Positions 19,976 to 30,182 of a DNA stretch of 64,000 nt are shown in pieces (within the stretch, counting starts at the first letter, position 1; the number at the start of each line of letters is the position of its first letter). The translations under genes were made by a program, and so were the position numbers. The stretch spans positions 61,593-125,592 of the forward strand of contig VXML01000034.1 in the NCBI GenBank assembly GCA_009841115.1, in the 5' to 3' direction. A model generated the notes under the pieces. The model searched no databases. It was given only the letters and a program-made list of their open reading frames with translations, and had not been told where the DNA came from. The DNA is from Gemmatimonadota bacterium (lineage in GTDB: Bacteria; Latescibacterota; UBA2968; UBA8231).

Positions 19976-20820
19976 CCCAAAATCTCTCGGCGCAAGTCAG
20001 TGAGTAGTTGCAGAGCCGCGCGGATATCCCCGACTTGGTCCGGGGCATATTCGCGCTCAATGGTCAGCGGCCCCTCATATCCCAAATCGCGTAACTTCAA
20101 AAGGAATGCCCTGATGTTGACGTCGCCTTGGCCAAGCGGCGCATCCTCATACCAAGGCTGGCCCGGGCGGCGCTCAATCGCGGCGTCTTTGCAGTGTACG
20201 CTGCGGACAAAGCGCCCCACCTGATCCAATGCCTCTAGCGGCGGGCCAGCTTGGTAGAGGATCATATTGGCCGGGTCGAAATTGACCGCGAGGTTCTGGC
20301 GCTCAACAGCTTCGATAAAGGTGAGAAGTTCAGCGGCGGTCTCCTGACCGGTTTCCAAGTGAAAATACTGGCCGTGCCTCTGGCAGTGATCGCACACGGT
20401 GCGCGCAACTTCGACGACCGCGACAAAATCCGGATCCGACGCCTCCGGCACAAAGCCCAAGTGCATGCCAACAGCATCTACGCCTAGCGCAGCAGCAAAG
20501 TCCGCGATAGCTAGAGTCTCTTCGAGTCGGTGCTCCCGGCGCTCTAAAGGCACGAGCCCGACCGTTTGTTGGGCGATTTCCGGCGTGGTGTAATCGTCGT
20601 CGGGAAAACCGGCGAAAACCACGCTGATTTCAATCCCGGCCGCGGCGAACTGGGCCTTGATTTCCGCGGTTTTCTCGGCAGTGCGCAAATCGCGGCCCGG
20701 AGCGTGCAGATGCACGGTGGAAACCCCTAGCTCCTTAACCGAATCCAACCCGGCCCCTAAGCCCTCGTCAATAGAGGTAAATATGCCTGTTGCCCATTTA
20801 GCCATTTCGGTCCTCTCCAT
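19972..20820 (-). CDS. Sugar phosphate isomerase/epimerase (xylose-isomerase-like TIM barrel)
   Basis: 282 aa with the family-typical HLETG / NFDPANM / HCKD metal-ligand blocks. Confidence 0.75.
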   Translation of the reverse strand: MERTEMAKWATGIFTSIDEGLGAGLDSVKELGVSTVHLHAPGRDLRTAEKTAEIKAQFAAAGIEISVVFAGFPDDDYTTPEIAQQTVGLVPLERREHRLEETLAIADFAAALGVDAVGMHLGFVPEASDPDFVAVVEVARTVCDHCQRHGQYFHLETGQETAAELLTFIEAVERQNLAVNFDPANMILYQAGPPLEALDQVGRFVRSVHCKDAAIERRPGQPWYEDAPLGQGDVNIRAFLLKLRDLGYEGPLTIEREYAPDQVGDIRAALQLLTDLRREILG

Positions 20821-20833
20821 TTGGTTGCAGACA

Positions 20834-20870
20834 AATTAAAAGAGGGGACAGCCAAGCCATCCCCTCTTTG
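20834..20870 (-). terminator. Rho-independent terminator
   Basis: On the minus strand: AAAGAGGGGA-loop-TCCCCTCTTTTAATTT, directly after the small ORF at 20888-21043. Confidence 0.6.
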
Positions 20871-20887
20871 GTAAATCTACGCGTCGC

Positions 20888-21043
20888 TTATCGCCTCGCG
20901 CTCCCTTCCTTTTCGTTGCGCCGCGCTCTCTCGGCCTGGGCAGCGTCCAAAACGGCCCGCACCCGCTGGCGGAAATTTTTGATCTGATCGTCTACTTCAT
21001 CTATAGAATTCAGCAGGTCCTCCTCAACTGCATCTTCTGACAT
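20888..21043 (-). CDS. Small charged helical protein (51 aa), unannotated in the ORF track
   Basis: Manual translation gives MSEDAVEEDLLNSIDEVDDQIKNFRQRVRAVLDAAQAERARRNEKEGSARR. An AGGAG sits 7 nt upstream of the ATG. The ORF lies between the sigma-factor gene and a terminator. Confidence 0.4.
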   Translation of the reverse strand: MSEDAVEEDLLNSIDEVDDQIKNFRQRVRAVLDAAQAERARRNEKEGSARR

Positions 21044-21095
21044 GGCATACTCCTGCGATTATTGGGGAGCAGGGGAGCCTTGTGGGGAGTCATTT

Positions 21096-21956
21096 TCAAG
21101 CGCGGCTGTAGGAGCGCAGATGATCGCAGCGGCTGGGGTGGCGCAAGCGGTGTAGTGCTTTCTCCTTGATTTGCCGAACTCGCTCGCGCGTAAGCCCAAA
21201 GCGCATACCAATCTGGTCTAAGGTCATAGGCTCTTCCCCATTCAACCCAAAGTAGAGGCGGAGAATCTCGGCCTCTCGCCCGATGAGCCTATTCAGAGCC
21301 GAGTCAATCTGCCCGCGCAGACAGCCGCGCATCACTTGGTTTTCAGGGGACTCTTGCCGCTCGTCTGGCAGCACGTCTAGCAGACTGTGATCTTCTTCGC
21401 CGAGAAAGGCCGCGTCGAGCGACCGCATCGAGCGACTGCACATCAAGGTCTCCTTGACCTCTTCAACTGGGACATCGAGCTGTTCGGCGATAGCTTCTGG
21501 GTGGGGATCGTCGGTGCGCTCTTGCTGCAAGATGCGGGACGCTTTGGATATCTTGTAGAGCAAACCGATCTTGTTCAGCGGCAAGCGAACCGTACGCGAC
21601 TGTTCAGCTAGCGTCTGTAGGATGGCTTGGCGGATCCACCAAACGGCATAGGAGATGAACTTGAATCCCTTGTCTTCGTCAAAGCGCTCGGCGGCTGTGA
21701 TCAATCCCATATTCCCGGCACTGACCAAATCTGCGAGGGGGACGCCGCGATTTTGGTATTCCTTTGCCACGCTGACCACAAAGCGCAAGTTCGCTTCGAC
21801 TAAGCGATTGCGTGCGTCCTCATCCCCTTGCTTGATTTTCCGCGCTAGATTGACCTCATCGGCCGGGGAGAGTGGCTTGGAATGGGCAATTTCAGCCAGA
21901 TAACTCCCGAGGCAATCTTCCATATCCCAAAATGGAGCTTTAGTCATACCCGCCAT
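21096..21956 (-). CDS. RNA polymerase sigma-70 family factor (group 2/3-like)
   Basis: Region 2 FISYAVWWIRQAI, region 3, and region 4.2 TLDQIGMRFGLTRERVRQIKEKAL. At 286 aa it is too short for a primary RpoD. Confidence 0.85.
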   Translation of the reverse strand: MAGMTKAPFWDMEDCLGSYLAEIAHSKPLSPADEVNLARKIKQGDEDARNRLVEANLRFVVSVAKEYQNRGVPLADLVSAGNMGLITAAERFDEDKGFKFISYAVWWIRQAILQTLAEQSRTVRLPLNKIGLLYKISKASRILQQERTDDPHPEAIAEQLDVPVEEVKETLMCSRSMRSLDAAFLGEEDHSLLDVLPDERQESPENQVMRGCLRGQIDSALNRLIGREAEILRLYFGLNGEEPMTLDQIGMRFGLTRERVRQIKEKALHRLRHPSRCDHLRSYSRA

Positions 21957-22075
21957 GGAACCATCCTCTTCGTTTAGAGTGGGGAGGAAAAGGAAAGCTA
22001 CACATGCTTCAAACTAAAGATTGTGTATAACTTAGCCGGGGGCACAAAACCTGTCAAGCAATTTCTCCCAAACCC

Positions 22076-22789
22076 CTAAGCCCCCGTAAGTGCGCTTAAA
22101 ACAGACTGTTGCACAGCCAGTAGGCGCTTTATGCCCACAGCCGCCAAGTCAAGCAACTCAATAGCCTGCGCACGGGTAAAGGGACGCCCCTCGGCCGTGC
22201 CTTGGACTTCGACGATCCCCCCCGAGCCGGTCATAACGACGTTCATATCGGTTTCGGCGCGGCTATCTTCCTCATAGCATAGATCCAATAAGGAATGGTC
22301 CCCCACTACTCCGACGCTAACAGCGGCGACCTGATCTACGGGTACAGCGCCTTGCCGCGTCTGCAACGCCTCTACTAAAGCCACATAAGCCCCTGTTATT
22401 GAGGCCGTGCGCGTGCCGCCATCCGCCTGTATAACATCGCAATCGACATACAGCGTCCGCTCGCCTATTTGCTCCAAATCCACTACCGCTCTCAGCGACC
22501 GACCGATTAGGCGCTGAATTTCACGCGCCCGACTATTGGGTTCGCGGGTTACTCGGCGCGTAGAGGAGCCAGGGAGCATGCTGTACTCCGCAGTCAGCCA
22601 GCCCTTGCCGGTCCCCGCCAGAAAGGGCGGTACTCCATCGACGGACGACACTGTGCAGAGCACCTTTGTATCACCCATTTCGATCAGAGCCGATCCAGCC
22701 GCCGTTTTCAAGTACCTCGGGGAAATCTGCACCGGCCGCAACTGATCGGGCTGGCGTCCATCACTGCGCTTCCAGCTCGTCTCACTCAT
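22076..22789 (-). CDS. rph: Ribonuclease PH
   Basis: [13 protein letters not shown]..., [19 protein letters not shown] and a length of 237 aa. Confidence 0.95.
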   Translation of the reverse strand: MSETSWKRSDGRQPDQLRPVQISPRYLKTAAGSALIEMGDTKVLCTVSSVDGVPPFLAGTGKGWLTAEYSMLPGSSTRRVTREPNSRAREIQRLIGRSLRAVVDLEQIGERTLYVDCDVIQADGGTRTASITGAYVALVEALQTRQGAVPVDQVAAVSVGVVGDHSLLDLCYEEDSRAETDMNVVMTGSGGIVEVQGTAEGRPFTRAQAIELLDLAAVGIKRLLAVQQSVLSALTGA

Positions 22790-23609
22790 TGAGATGCATC
22801 CGATAATCAGGGCCGTCCATGGGGATCGGTTGGCACATCTCTACTAGGCGCGAATAGATGCGACCCTTGGCTAGGTTCTTGAGTTCGTCGAGGGGTTGAT
22901 TAGTGGTAACAACCGTGAATCGCTGATCGCCGTAGCGGGCATCTACGAGATCGTAGAGCATTTCTATTTCCCACTCGGTCCCCCGCTGGATGCCGAAGTC
23001 GTCTAGGACGAGGTAGGGCATATTGCACAACTCTTCGAGCATCGACCAAGTGTGGCCATAGCGCTCGCTATCGGCTGAATAGGTATCGCGCAATTTCTGA
23101 AAATACGTGCGCGACAGACTAAGGAAGCGACCCGGCTTGGTCCAGCGCAGCATGAGCTCGTTGAGTGTAATGCAGCCCATCAAGGTCTTGCCCGTGCCGG
23201 GATTTCCATGGAGGAGATAGCCGCGCTTAGGCTCTTCTGCTGCATCAATCAGATCTTGGTGAATGCGGAGATAGACTGTGGTCGCTAGGTCGATAGGCGT
23301 CCCATCTGGTGCCGCCATTCGGAAGTCATCAACGAACTTCCACTTGTAGCGCTCGGGGATATCGGCTTGGCGAAACAGGCGATTGGTTTCCGTCATTTTG
23401 CGGCGATAGGGACGGCAGGGACACCACTGGTGGCGCGAATCGTCGTCCCAGTACTGGTAAGGTGTCCTCCCCCCACAGCAGCACTCGACGCACTCGCAAA
23501 GCCGCAGCGTACCATAACGGCCCGCTTTGACTATCGGGTCATAGTACAGACCTCCACCGCTGCACTTAGAACAGCGCGTCGCGGCTTGGTTGGACGCGGG
23601 CAAACTCAC
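22782..23609 (-). CDS. DnaC/IstB-like AAA+ ATPase with an N-terminal Cys-rich zinc module (possible helicase loader)
   Basis: Walker A GNPGTGKT, Walker B LVLDDFG and sensor TTN. The N-terminal 70 aa carry 9 Cys (CSKC...CECVECCC...CPC). The gene overlaps smpB (4 nt) and rph (8 nt). Confidence 0.7.
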   Translation of the reverse strand: MSLPASNQAATRCSKCSGGGLYYDPIVKAGRYGTLRLCECVECCCGGRTPYQYWDDDSRHQWCPCRPYRRKMTETNRLFRQADIPERYKWKFVDDFRMAAPDGTPIDLATTVYLRIHQDLIDAAEEPKRGYLLHGNPGTGKTLMGCITLNELMLRWTKPGRFLSLSRTYFQKLRDTYSADSERYGHTWSMLEELCNMPYLVLDDFGIQRGTEWEIEMLYDLVDARYGDQRFTVVTTNQPLDELKNLAKGRIYSRLVEMCQPIPMDGPDYRMHLNE

Positions 23610-24085
23610 TGGTGGCGCTCCTTGAGGGCCCGGGCGACATCGCGGTCGGCTTGACGTTGCGCCAAAGCCTGACGCTTATCGAACTGCTTTTTGCCGCGGA
23701 CCAGCGCCAATTCCACCTTAGCTCTGCCGCGTTTGAAGTAGATCTTCAGCGGCACCAAGGTAAGGCCCTGTTGTTGCGTCCTCCCTGTCAGCCTGCGGAT
23801 TTCGCTGCGGTGCAAGAGCAATTTGCGCACGCGCTCTGGGTCGTGGTTGAAACTGTTGCCGCGCTCGTACTGGGCAATATGCACATTGTGTAGGAAAATT
23901 TCGCCTCGTTCAACTACAGCGAAACTGTCCTTGAGGTTAGCGCGCCCGGCGCGCAACGACTTGACCTCCGTGCCGCGCAGGACAATGCCAGTCTCATAGC
24001 GGCCCATCACCTCGTAGTCGTGCCGAGCTTTGCGATTTTGCACGGCGATTAACTCGCACTTGGCACCGCTCTCTATCTTGGCCAT
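23606..24085 (-). CDS. smpB: SsrA-binding protein
   Basis: [10 protein letters not shown]...[13 protein letters not shown] and the C-terminal basic tail. Confidence 0.95.
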   Translation of the reverse strand: MAKIESGAKCELIAVQNRKARHDYEVMGRYETGIVLRGTEVKSLRAGRANLKDSFAVVERGEIFLHNVHIAQYERGNSFNHDPERVRKLLLHRSEIRRLTGRTQQQGLTLVPLKIYFKRGRAKVELALVRGKKQFDKRQALAQRQADRDVARALKERHQ

Positions 24086-24157
24086 AACCCGCCTATTTTC
24101 GCGAAGGAAACGGGCTTGACGGCTGCAAGCCCTGCGCTTAATTTTTGCTGTTCACTT

Positions 24158-24244
24158 GCCGAAGTGGCGAAATTGGTAGACGCGCATGGTTCAGGACCAT
24201 GTGGGGGCAACCCCGTGGAGGTTCGAGTCCTCTCTTCGGCACCA
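24158..24244 (+). tRNA. tRNA-Leu (anticodon CAG), class II with long variable arm, CCA encoded
   Basis: Manual cloverleaf: acceptor GCCGAAG/CTTCGGC, anticodon stem CATGG/CCATG with loop TTCAGGA, and T-arm GGAGG-TTCGAGT-CCTCT. Confidence 0.9.
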
Positions 24245-24367
24245 CTTTTCGCTTCTTACTCCTTAAGTGATTTAATCTACACGCCTCGTTCCAACCCGCG
24301 CAAGGGGTTGTCTGCACGAGCGGCAGTCCCTATCAAAATTATATCCAACCCACGAAAGGATGTCCCT

Positions 24368-24745
24368 ATGGCTCGCTTCCTACACACCCGCATCCGCGTC
24401 GGCGATCTCGAACGCTCTATTGAGTGGTATTGCACCCATCTCGGCTTCGAAGTCCGGAGCCGCTCTGATAAATCGCCCGCTGGCAACCAAATCGTCCATC
24501 TCGAACTGCCCGGTAATGAACACACCTTAGAATTGACCTATTCCGCCGATTACCAACTCGCCGTCCCCGAAGATCTCATGCACCTCGCAATCGCGGTTCC
24601 CGATTTAATCGACTTTTGCGACACTTTGGAAAACAACGGGATCGAAATATGGCCCAGCGATTGGCGCACGACCTTTCCCACCGGCCGCAAGATGGCCTTT
24701 ATCGACGATCCCGATGGTTACGAGATCGAGCTACTCGAAGATTGA
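24368..24745 (+). CDS. VOC family protein / lactoylglutathione lyase-like (glyoxalase I)
   Basis: Start trimmed to MARFLHTRIRVGDLERSIEWY, because the longer track ORF overlaps tRNA-Leu. Typical GloA layout with HLAIAVPD and FIDDPDGYEIELL. Confidence 0.8.
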   Translation: MARFLHTRIRVGDLERSIEWYCTHLGFEVRSRSDKSPAGNQIVHLELPGNEHTLELTYSADYQLAVPEDLMHLAIAVPDLIDFCDTLENNGIEIWPSDWRTTFPTGRKMAFIDDPDGYEIELLED

Positions 24746-26190
24746 TTTGACTCGCCCTTGTCGCGCAGATACTGCGGCAAGTAGGCGTCGATGAAGTCCC
24801 GCGCCGTCCGGCCACCCACTAAATCGTGGTTGTGCCGCATCCGCCAAACTTCGAAGGCGGCCAATAAGTCTTCTTCCGACAGGTCGATCCCCGCTCGACG
24901 GGCATAGGACAGGACCATGGAGCGATATTGCTGCCTGCTAGGCAGGTCGAGGAAGACCTTGAGGGCAAAACGGTCGTCTAGCGCCCGCTCCTGATCGAGG
25001 CGTTGCAGTTGTTGGGGGTCGTAGAATTCGGCCTGAATGCCTTGGTTAACGCGGTTGGGACGCTCGTCGTCTAGCTGCATCTGGCCAAGCCCTTGCGGAC
25101 GCTCGCCCTCCCGGTCGACTAAGTCCTTGTAGTTGGAGGTCGCATAAAAGACCAAGTTGTCCGGACACGCCTCGAGTCCTCCATCGAGCGTCCGCGAGAG
25201 CAGATGCAGACTGTCGTCACCCCGGCCCAAGGACACATTGTCCAGCACACCCACAAAGCGCTGGCGACGCCCCCGGACGAGAGTAAAGAGATCGGGCAAC
25301 AGATGGTAGCAAGACGGGGAGATCTCGATGGCGCGCAGGCCGCGATCAAAGAACTTTCCCACCAATGCCCGTATCAGCGTCGATTTACCGCCTCCTCGCG
25401 GCCCCCAGATCAGCGCGTTGTGCGCCCGATAACCGGCGAGGAAATAGCGCGTGTTTTCCTCAAGGACTTGGATTCTCGCTTCGTTGCCCTCCAGCCAGCC
25501 GAGGGGAAATTCTGCAAAATGGCGGATGGGTTCCAGGATGGGCTTGGCCTCTCTGGCGACCAAGCGAAAGGCCGGGAATCGACGCAGCGCACCTCGCCCA
25601 TGCTCGCGTATCAAGCATCCGAGCGCCTCAGCCAACTCAGCCCAATCCTCGCTGAGGGCAAAACGCTCTTTCAGTTGGCCAACGGCTGCCGGTTCCACCC
25701 CATCCCCGGGCATGGGAGCCAATGGTTCTACGTCGCCGCCGATCAGCCGCAACCATGCTCCCCAAGGGGGGCGAGCCAAGGTCGCGGCACTTTGCAAATC
25801 TCGCCGTGCAACTTGGTACAGCGCGTCGGGAACCTCTGCTGGAGATTGCTTTTCGCAAGCGCGCAAAAATGGGTGTTGGCCATCGAGGAGCCGATTGAGC
25901 AATAGCCCTTGTAAATCCGGCGCGCCACCGCCCCAATCGCCGTTAAGCGCTGCCGCGAGAAGCGCATCTGAGCAACGCTGATGTTGCACGGCCAATTCGT
26001 CCGCAGTGCGCTGGGCCTCTTTACCGCCCGCTAGCCTGTCGGCACACGCTTGCGCACAATGCAGTAAGGAACGCAACCGCTCAATCTCGGCGGGTGCAAG
26101 CAGCCGACTAAAGGAGGAGAGCCGCTCCAAGGCAGCCAGCATGGCTTCGACTTGGCTAGCTATTTGTAGCGTCTCTTCACTCCTCGTCAT
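24718..26190 (-). CDS. DUF815-type AAA ATPase with a long N-terminal helical extension
   Basis: ALIWGPRGGGKSTLIRAL...LRAIEI...RFVGVLDNVSL matches the DUF815 core. About 230 aa of additional N-terminal sequence precede it. Confidence 0.7.
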   Translation of the reverse strand: MTRSEETLQIASQVEAMLAALERLSSFSRLLAPAEIERLRSLLHCAQACADRLAGGKEAQRTADELAVQHQRCSDALLAAALNGDWGGGAPDLQGLLLNRLLDGQHPFLRACEKQSPAEVPDALYQVARRDLQSAATLARPPWGAWLRLIGGDVEPLAPMPGDGVEPAAVGQLKERFALSEDWAELAEALGCLIREHGRGALRRFPAFRLVAREAKPILEPIRHFAEFPLGWLEGNEARIQVLEENTRYFLAGYRAHNALIWGPRGGGKSTLIRALVGKFFDRGLRAIEISPSCYHLLPDLFTLVRGRRQRFVGVLDNVSLGRGDDSLHLLSRTLDGGLEACPDNLVFYATSNYKDLVDREGERPQGLGQMQLDDERPNRVNQGIQAEFYDPQQLQRLDQERALDDRFALKVFLDLPSRQQYRSMVLSYARRAGIDLSEEDLLAAFEVWRMRHNHDLVGGRTARDFIDAYLPQYLRDKGESNQSSSSSIS

Positions 26191-26301
26191 CTCAATGCGT
26201 AACCTATTGACCTAAGTTATATAATTCGCCGCTATATATATATAGGAATGTACCGCACGATCGTAAACGTATGGGGGGCAGCCGTTAGCAGAAAAATAAA
26301 C

Positions 26302-26375
26302 TACCCCCGGGCGGATTCGAACCGCCGACCCACAGATTAGGAATCTGTTGCTCTATCCTGCTGAGCTACGGGGGC
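26302..26375 (-). tRNA. tRNA-Arg (anticodon CCU)
   Basis: The reverse complement folds as GCCCCCG acceptor (G1-U72 wobble), anticodon stem ACAGA/TCTGT with loop TTCCTAA, and T-arm GGCGG-TTCGAAT-CCGCC. CCA is not encoded. Confidence 0.85.
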
Positions 26376-26537
26376 TATAGGAGAGGCGCTATTCATACTA
26401 TACTGTGCGAGACTCAAAGTCAAATGCCCGAGTTTTTTATTCCATGTGTTGACACTAAATTAAACTGGCCTAATTTACAAGATTGTTTTGGTCATAAGGC
26501 CAGCTTTCTACAACTTCAGCTAAATTTAATATAAAAT

Positions 26538-27194
26538 ATGGCTCAAGTATTTCCGCGCAGCGCTAACTGGGCTTCCAAAGCCAGCATCCTCGTTGGCCTC
26601 GTCCTAGTCGGCAGTATCCTCGGTATCGTACTCAACATCAATCGCATTTACTTCGTCAATCAAGTCAATGTGCCCATTGATCAGCCCGTTCCCTTCAGCC
26701 ACAAACACCACGTCACCGGTATGGGCATCGACTGCCGCTATTGCCATACTACCGTCGAGGAGAGTGCTTTTGCCGGCGTTCCCCCGACCGAAACCTGCAT
26801 GACCTGCCACTCGCAAATCTGGACCGAAGCGCCTATCCTCGAACCCGTGCGCGCCAGCTTCCGCGACAACGTGCCCATCGAGTGGAATCGCGTCCACGAC
26901 TTGCCCGACTTCGCCTATTTCAACCACAGCATCCACGTCAACCAAGGCATTGGCTGCCAGTCCTGCCACGGCCAAGTCGATCAAATGCCCCTGATGTGGA
27001 AAGCCGAATCGCTGAATATGGAATGGTGTCTCGATTGCCACCGCGACCCCGCCCAGTACATCCGCCCGCGCGATCAAGTCTTTAACATGACTTATCAGTA
27101 TCCAGCCGACCAAGAGATCTTGGGCGCGCAACTCGTCGCCGAATACGGCGTGCAGACCAGCCAACTCACCAACTGCTCTATCTGCCACCGCTAA
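26538..27194 (+). CDS. actA: Alternative Complex III subunit ActA (pentahaem cytochrome c)
   Basis: N-terminal membrane anchor plus five CxxCH motifs (CRYCH, CMTCH, CQSCH, CLDCH, CSICH). First gene of an act operon. Confidence 0.85.
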   Translation: MAQVFPRSANWASKASILVGLVLVGSILGIVLNINRIYFVNQVNVPIDQPVPFSHKHHVTGMGIDCRYCHTTVEESAFAGVPPTETCMTCHSQIWTEAPILEPVRASFRDNVPIEWNRVHDLPDFAYFNHSIHVNQGIGCQSCHGQVDQMPLMWKAESLNMEWCLDCHRDPAQYIRPRDQVFNMTYQYPADQEILGAQLVAEYGVQTSQLTNCSICHR

Positions 27195-27196
27195 AT

Positions 27197-30181
27197 ATGG
27201 AAACCAGAAAAAATATCGATCTCTCGGCCATCCGCTCCCGTCTCGAAGCCACTCAGGGCCAAGAGTACTGGCGCAGCTTGGACCAATTAGCTCAGACCGA
27301 AGAATTCGCCACCATGGTCCAGCGCGAGTTCCCCGAGCAAGCTGCCGAGTTGAAGGATCCGGTAAGTCGGCGGAATTTTCTCAAGCTCATGAGTGCATCG
27401 CTGGCACTAGGCGGACTTTCGAGCTGTACGATTCAGCCTAGCGAAAAAATAGTCCCTCAGGTCCGAGCGCCCGAAAACGTCATCCCTGGCAAGCCTCAGT
27501 ACTTTGCCTCCGCCATTTCGTTCGGCGGCATTGGCATGGGTATCCTCGTCGAGAGCCACATGGGCCGGCCGACCAAAATCGAGGGCAATCCCGAGCATCC
27601 CTCCGGCAGCCGCGGCTCGAATGCGCTCGTACAGGCTTCGATCCTCGACCTCTACGATCCCGATCGGTCGCAAACGGTCAAAAACGCCGGTCGCATCAGC
27701 ACTTGGAGCATCTTCCTAGCAGATCTGACGCAGCGTCTGAGCTTGCACGAGGCCAACGGCGGTGTCGGCCTGCGCATCCTGACTCAGACGGTAACTTCTC
27801 CAACCCTCGGGCACCAATTGCAGGCCCTGCGGGATAAATTTCCTCAAGCCCAGTGGCACCAGTACGAAACGGTCAATCGCGACAACGCCCGTGCCGGGGC
27901 CCAAATGGCGTTTGGCGAGCCGGTGCATGCGTTTTACGACTTAACCAAAGCTAAGGTCATTCTATCGCTGGACGCGGACTTTACCAGCAGCGGTGCTGGC
28001 AATGTCCGCCACGCTCGGGACTTCGCAGCTGGCCGGAACGTCCGCAATGGCTCAAAGGCCTTCAACCGGCTCTATGTGGTCGAGAGCAGTCCAACGGGCA
28101 CGGGCAGCGTAGCCGATCATCGTTTGGCCTTGGGCACGGCGCACATCGAAGCCTTGGCCTTAAAGGTGGCCCAAGGGCTTGGCATCGACTGGAAAGGGCC
28201 GAGCATTCCCGGCGACTTCTCCGCTCACGATCCTTGGATTGCGGCTCTGGTCGACGACCTAAAGTCCAATCCCGGCCAAAGCCTCGTGCTCGCTGGCGAC
28301 CAACAGTCTCCTGCGGTACACGCTTTGGCTCATGCGATCAACCTCGCCCTAGGCAATGCAGGTACAACCGTACACTACACCAAACCCCTCGAAGTCGAGT
28401 CGGTTGACCAGCGCGAGTCGCTATCCACGTTAGTAGCCGACATGAACGCCGGCAAAGTCGAATCACTGTTCATTCTCGGCGGCAATCCGGTGTACGACGC
28501 GCCCGTGGATCTCGACTTTGCCGCGGCGCTCGACAAAGTCGGCTACCGCGTCCACCTCGGCCTGTACGACAACGAGACGTCGGAACTCTGCCACTGGCAC
28601 ATTCCGGAATCGCACTTTCTCGAAGCGTGGAGCGACACCCGCGCCCATGATGGCCTCGCCACGATCGTCCAGCCGCTGATTCGCCCGCTCTACAAGAGCA
28701 AATCAGCCCATGACCTCTTGGCGGTACTCACCGGCCAGCCCGGGGTCCCCGATCTCGACATCGTGCGTCAGTATTGGGAGAGCCAAGGCCTAGATGCGAT
28801 TGCTTGGCGCCGCGCACTGCACGACGGCTTCGTCGAGGGCGCACGCCCCGAAGCCCAATCCGTGGAGCTAGATACTTTGCAGTTGCCGGCAACGACCGGG
28901 AACCTTCCCGAGGAAGAAGATCTCGAAATCCATTTTCGGCCCGATCCCATGGTGTGGGACGGCCGCTTTGCCAACAACGCTTGGTTACAGGAAACTCCGA
29001 AGCCCATCACGAAGCTCACTTGGGACAACGCCGCCCTCGTCAGCCCAGCCACGGCCGAGCGCCTGCGACTCAAGAAAGAATTCCTCGCCGAACTGCGCTT
29101 TGACGGACGCGCGATCAACGCAGCGGTTTGGGTCGTGCCCGGCCAAGCCGACGGCGTCGTCACCCTGCACTTGGGCTACGGCCAACAGCGCAGTGGACGC
29201 GTCGGGCGCGATACGGGATTTAATGCCTATGCCCTGCGGCCGACGGCGGCCTTGTGGAGCGGCACCGGCCTACAGGTCAGCGGCTCCTACGACAACTATC
29301 GCCTCGCCTGCACCCAGGATCATAACAGCATGGAGGGCCGCAATTTCGTGCGCCAAGCCTCGCTGGACTATTACCAAGCGCATCCGCACTTTGCCCACGA
29401 GGGAACCCACGATCCGCCCGATGACTTGACGCTGCACAACCGCACGGATCACCAGTACACGGGCTATGCCTGGGGTATGGTCATCGATTTAGGGGCCTGC
29501 ATCGGCTGCAATACGTGTGCAATGGCCTGCCAGGCCGAAAACAACATCCCCGTCGTGGGCAAGGACGAAGTCCTCAACGGTCGCGAAATGTCTTGGGTAC
29601 GCGTCGATCGCTACTACAAAGGCTCGCGCGACAACCCCGACGAGATCGTGCACCAACCCGTGCCCTGCATGCAGTGCGAAAACGCCCCTTGCGAGTTGGT
29701 CTGTCCAGTCGCAGCGACGACGCACAGCGACGAAGGTCTCAACGACATGACCTACAATCGCTGCGTCGGCACCCGCTACTGCGCCAACAACTGTCCCTAC
29801 AAGGTCCGGCGATTCAATTTCCTCCAATACGCCGACCGCGATACTGAAAGCTTAAAATTGCAGCGCAACCCAGATGTCACCACGCGCTCCCGCGGCGTAA
29901 TGGAAAAATGCACGTACTGTGTCCAGCGCATCAATCAAGCGCGGATTGATGCCAAAAAGGCCAAGCGCACCATAGGCGATGGCGAAATTGTCACGGCCTG
30001 TGAACAGGCCTGTCCTACCGAATCCATCATCTTCGGGGACATCAACGACCCCAATAGCCAAGTCTCCGCCCTCAAGGCATCGCCGCTCAACTACGGCATT
30101 CTCACTGAACTGAACACGCGCCCTCGCACTACGTATTTGGCAAGTATCAAAAACCCGAATCCCAAGATTGCCGAGGCTTAG
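27197..30181 (+). CDS. actB: Alternative Complex III subunit ActB (fused molybdopterin-oxidoreductase-like B1 and 4Fe-4S B2 domains)
   Basis: Tat signal SRRNFLKLM, a large CISM-like domain, and C-terminal ferredoxin Cys clusters ([30 protein letters not shown]). Confidence 0.9.
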   Translation: METRKNIDLSAIRSRLEATQGQEYWRSLDQLAQTEEFATMVQREFPEQAAELKDPVSRRNFLKLMSASLALGGLSSCTIQPSEKIVPQVRAPENVIPGKPQYFASAISFGGIGMGILVESHMGRPTKIEGNPEHPSGSRGSNALVQASILDLYDPDRSQTVKNAGRISTWSIFLADLTQRLSLHEANGGVGLRILTQTVTSPTLGHQLQALRDKFPQAQWHQYETVNRDNARAGAQMAFGEPVHAFYDLTKAKVILSLDADFTSSGAGNVRHARDFAAGRNVRNGSKAFNRLYVVESSPTGTGSVADHRLALGTAHIEALALKVAQGLGIDWKGPSIPGDFSAHDPWIAALVDDLKSNPGQSLVLAGDQQSPAVHALAHAINLALGNAGTTVHYTKPLEVESVDQRESLSTLVADMNAGKVESLFILGGNPVYDAPVDLDFAAALDKVGYRVHLGLYDNETSELCHWHIPESHFLEAWSDTRAHDGLATIVQPLIRPLYKSKSAHDLLAVLTGQPGVPDLDIVRQYWESQGLDAIAWRRALHDGFVEGARPEAQSVELDTLQLPATTGNLPEEEDLEIHFRPDPMVWDGRFANNAWLQETPKPITKLTWDNAALVSPATAERLRLKKEFLAELRFDGRAINAAVWVVPGQADGVVTLHLGYGQQRSGRVGRDTGFNAYALRPTAALWSGTGLQVSGSYDNYRLACTQDHNSMEGRNFVRQASLDYYQAHPHFAHEGTHDPPDDLTLHNRTDHQYTGYAWGMVIDLGACIGCNTCAMACQAENNIPVVGKDEVLNGREMSWVRVDRYYKGSRDNPDEIVHQPVPCMQCENAPCELVCPVAATTHSDEGLNDMTYNRCVGTRYCANNCPYKVRRFNFLQYADRDTESLKLQRNPDVTTRSRGVMEKCTYCVQRINQARIDAKKAKRTIGDGEIVTACEQACPTESIIFGDINDPNSQVSALKASPLNYGILTELNTRPRTTYLASIKNPNPKIAEA

Positions 30182-30182
30182 C

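Noticed and set aside
24116-24367. N-terminal extension of the glyoxalase ORF
   Set aside because: It runs straight through tRNA-Leu(CAG). The conserved VOC N-terminus begins at the ATG at 24368.
25204-25981. Plus-strand ORFs of 233 aa and 176 aa inside the DUF815 ATPase gene
   Set aside because: These are shadow ORFs. The minus-strand product has Walker motifs and family-specific blocks.
26233-26244. (TA)6 microsatellite upstream of the DUF815 gene
   Set aside because: It is short, lies in an A/T-rich promoter region, and is probably just a -10-like or UP-element sequence. There is no evidence of a special function.
24158-26375. tRNA-Leu to tRNA-Arg segment, and the tRNA-Lys locus, as integrated mobile elements
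   Set aside because: There is no integrase, excisionase or transposase. I could not see any tRNA-derived direct repeat by eye, and composition looks native apart from the separately reported islets.
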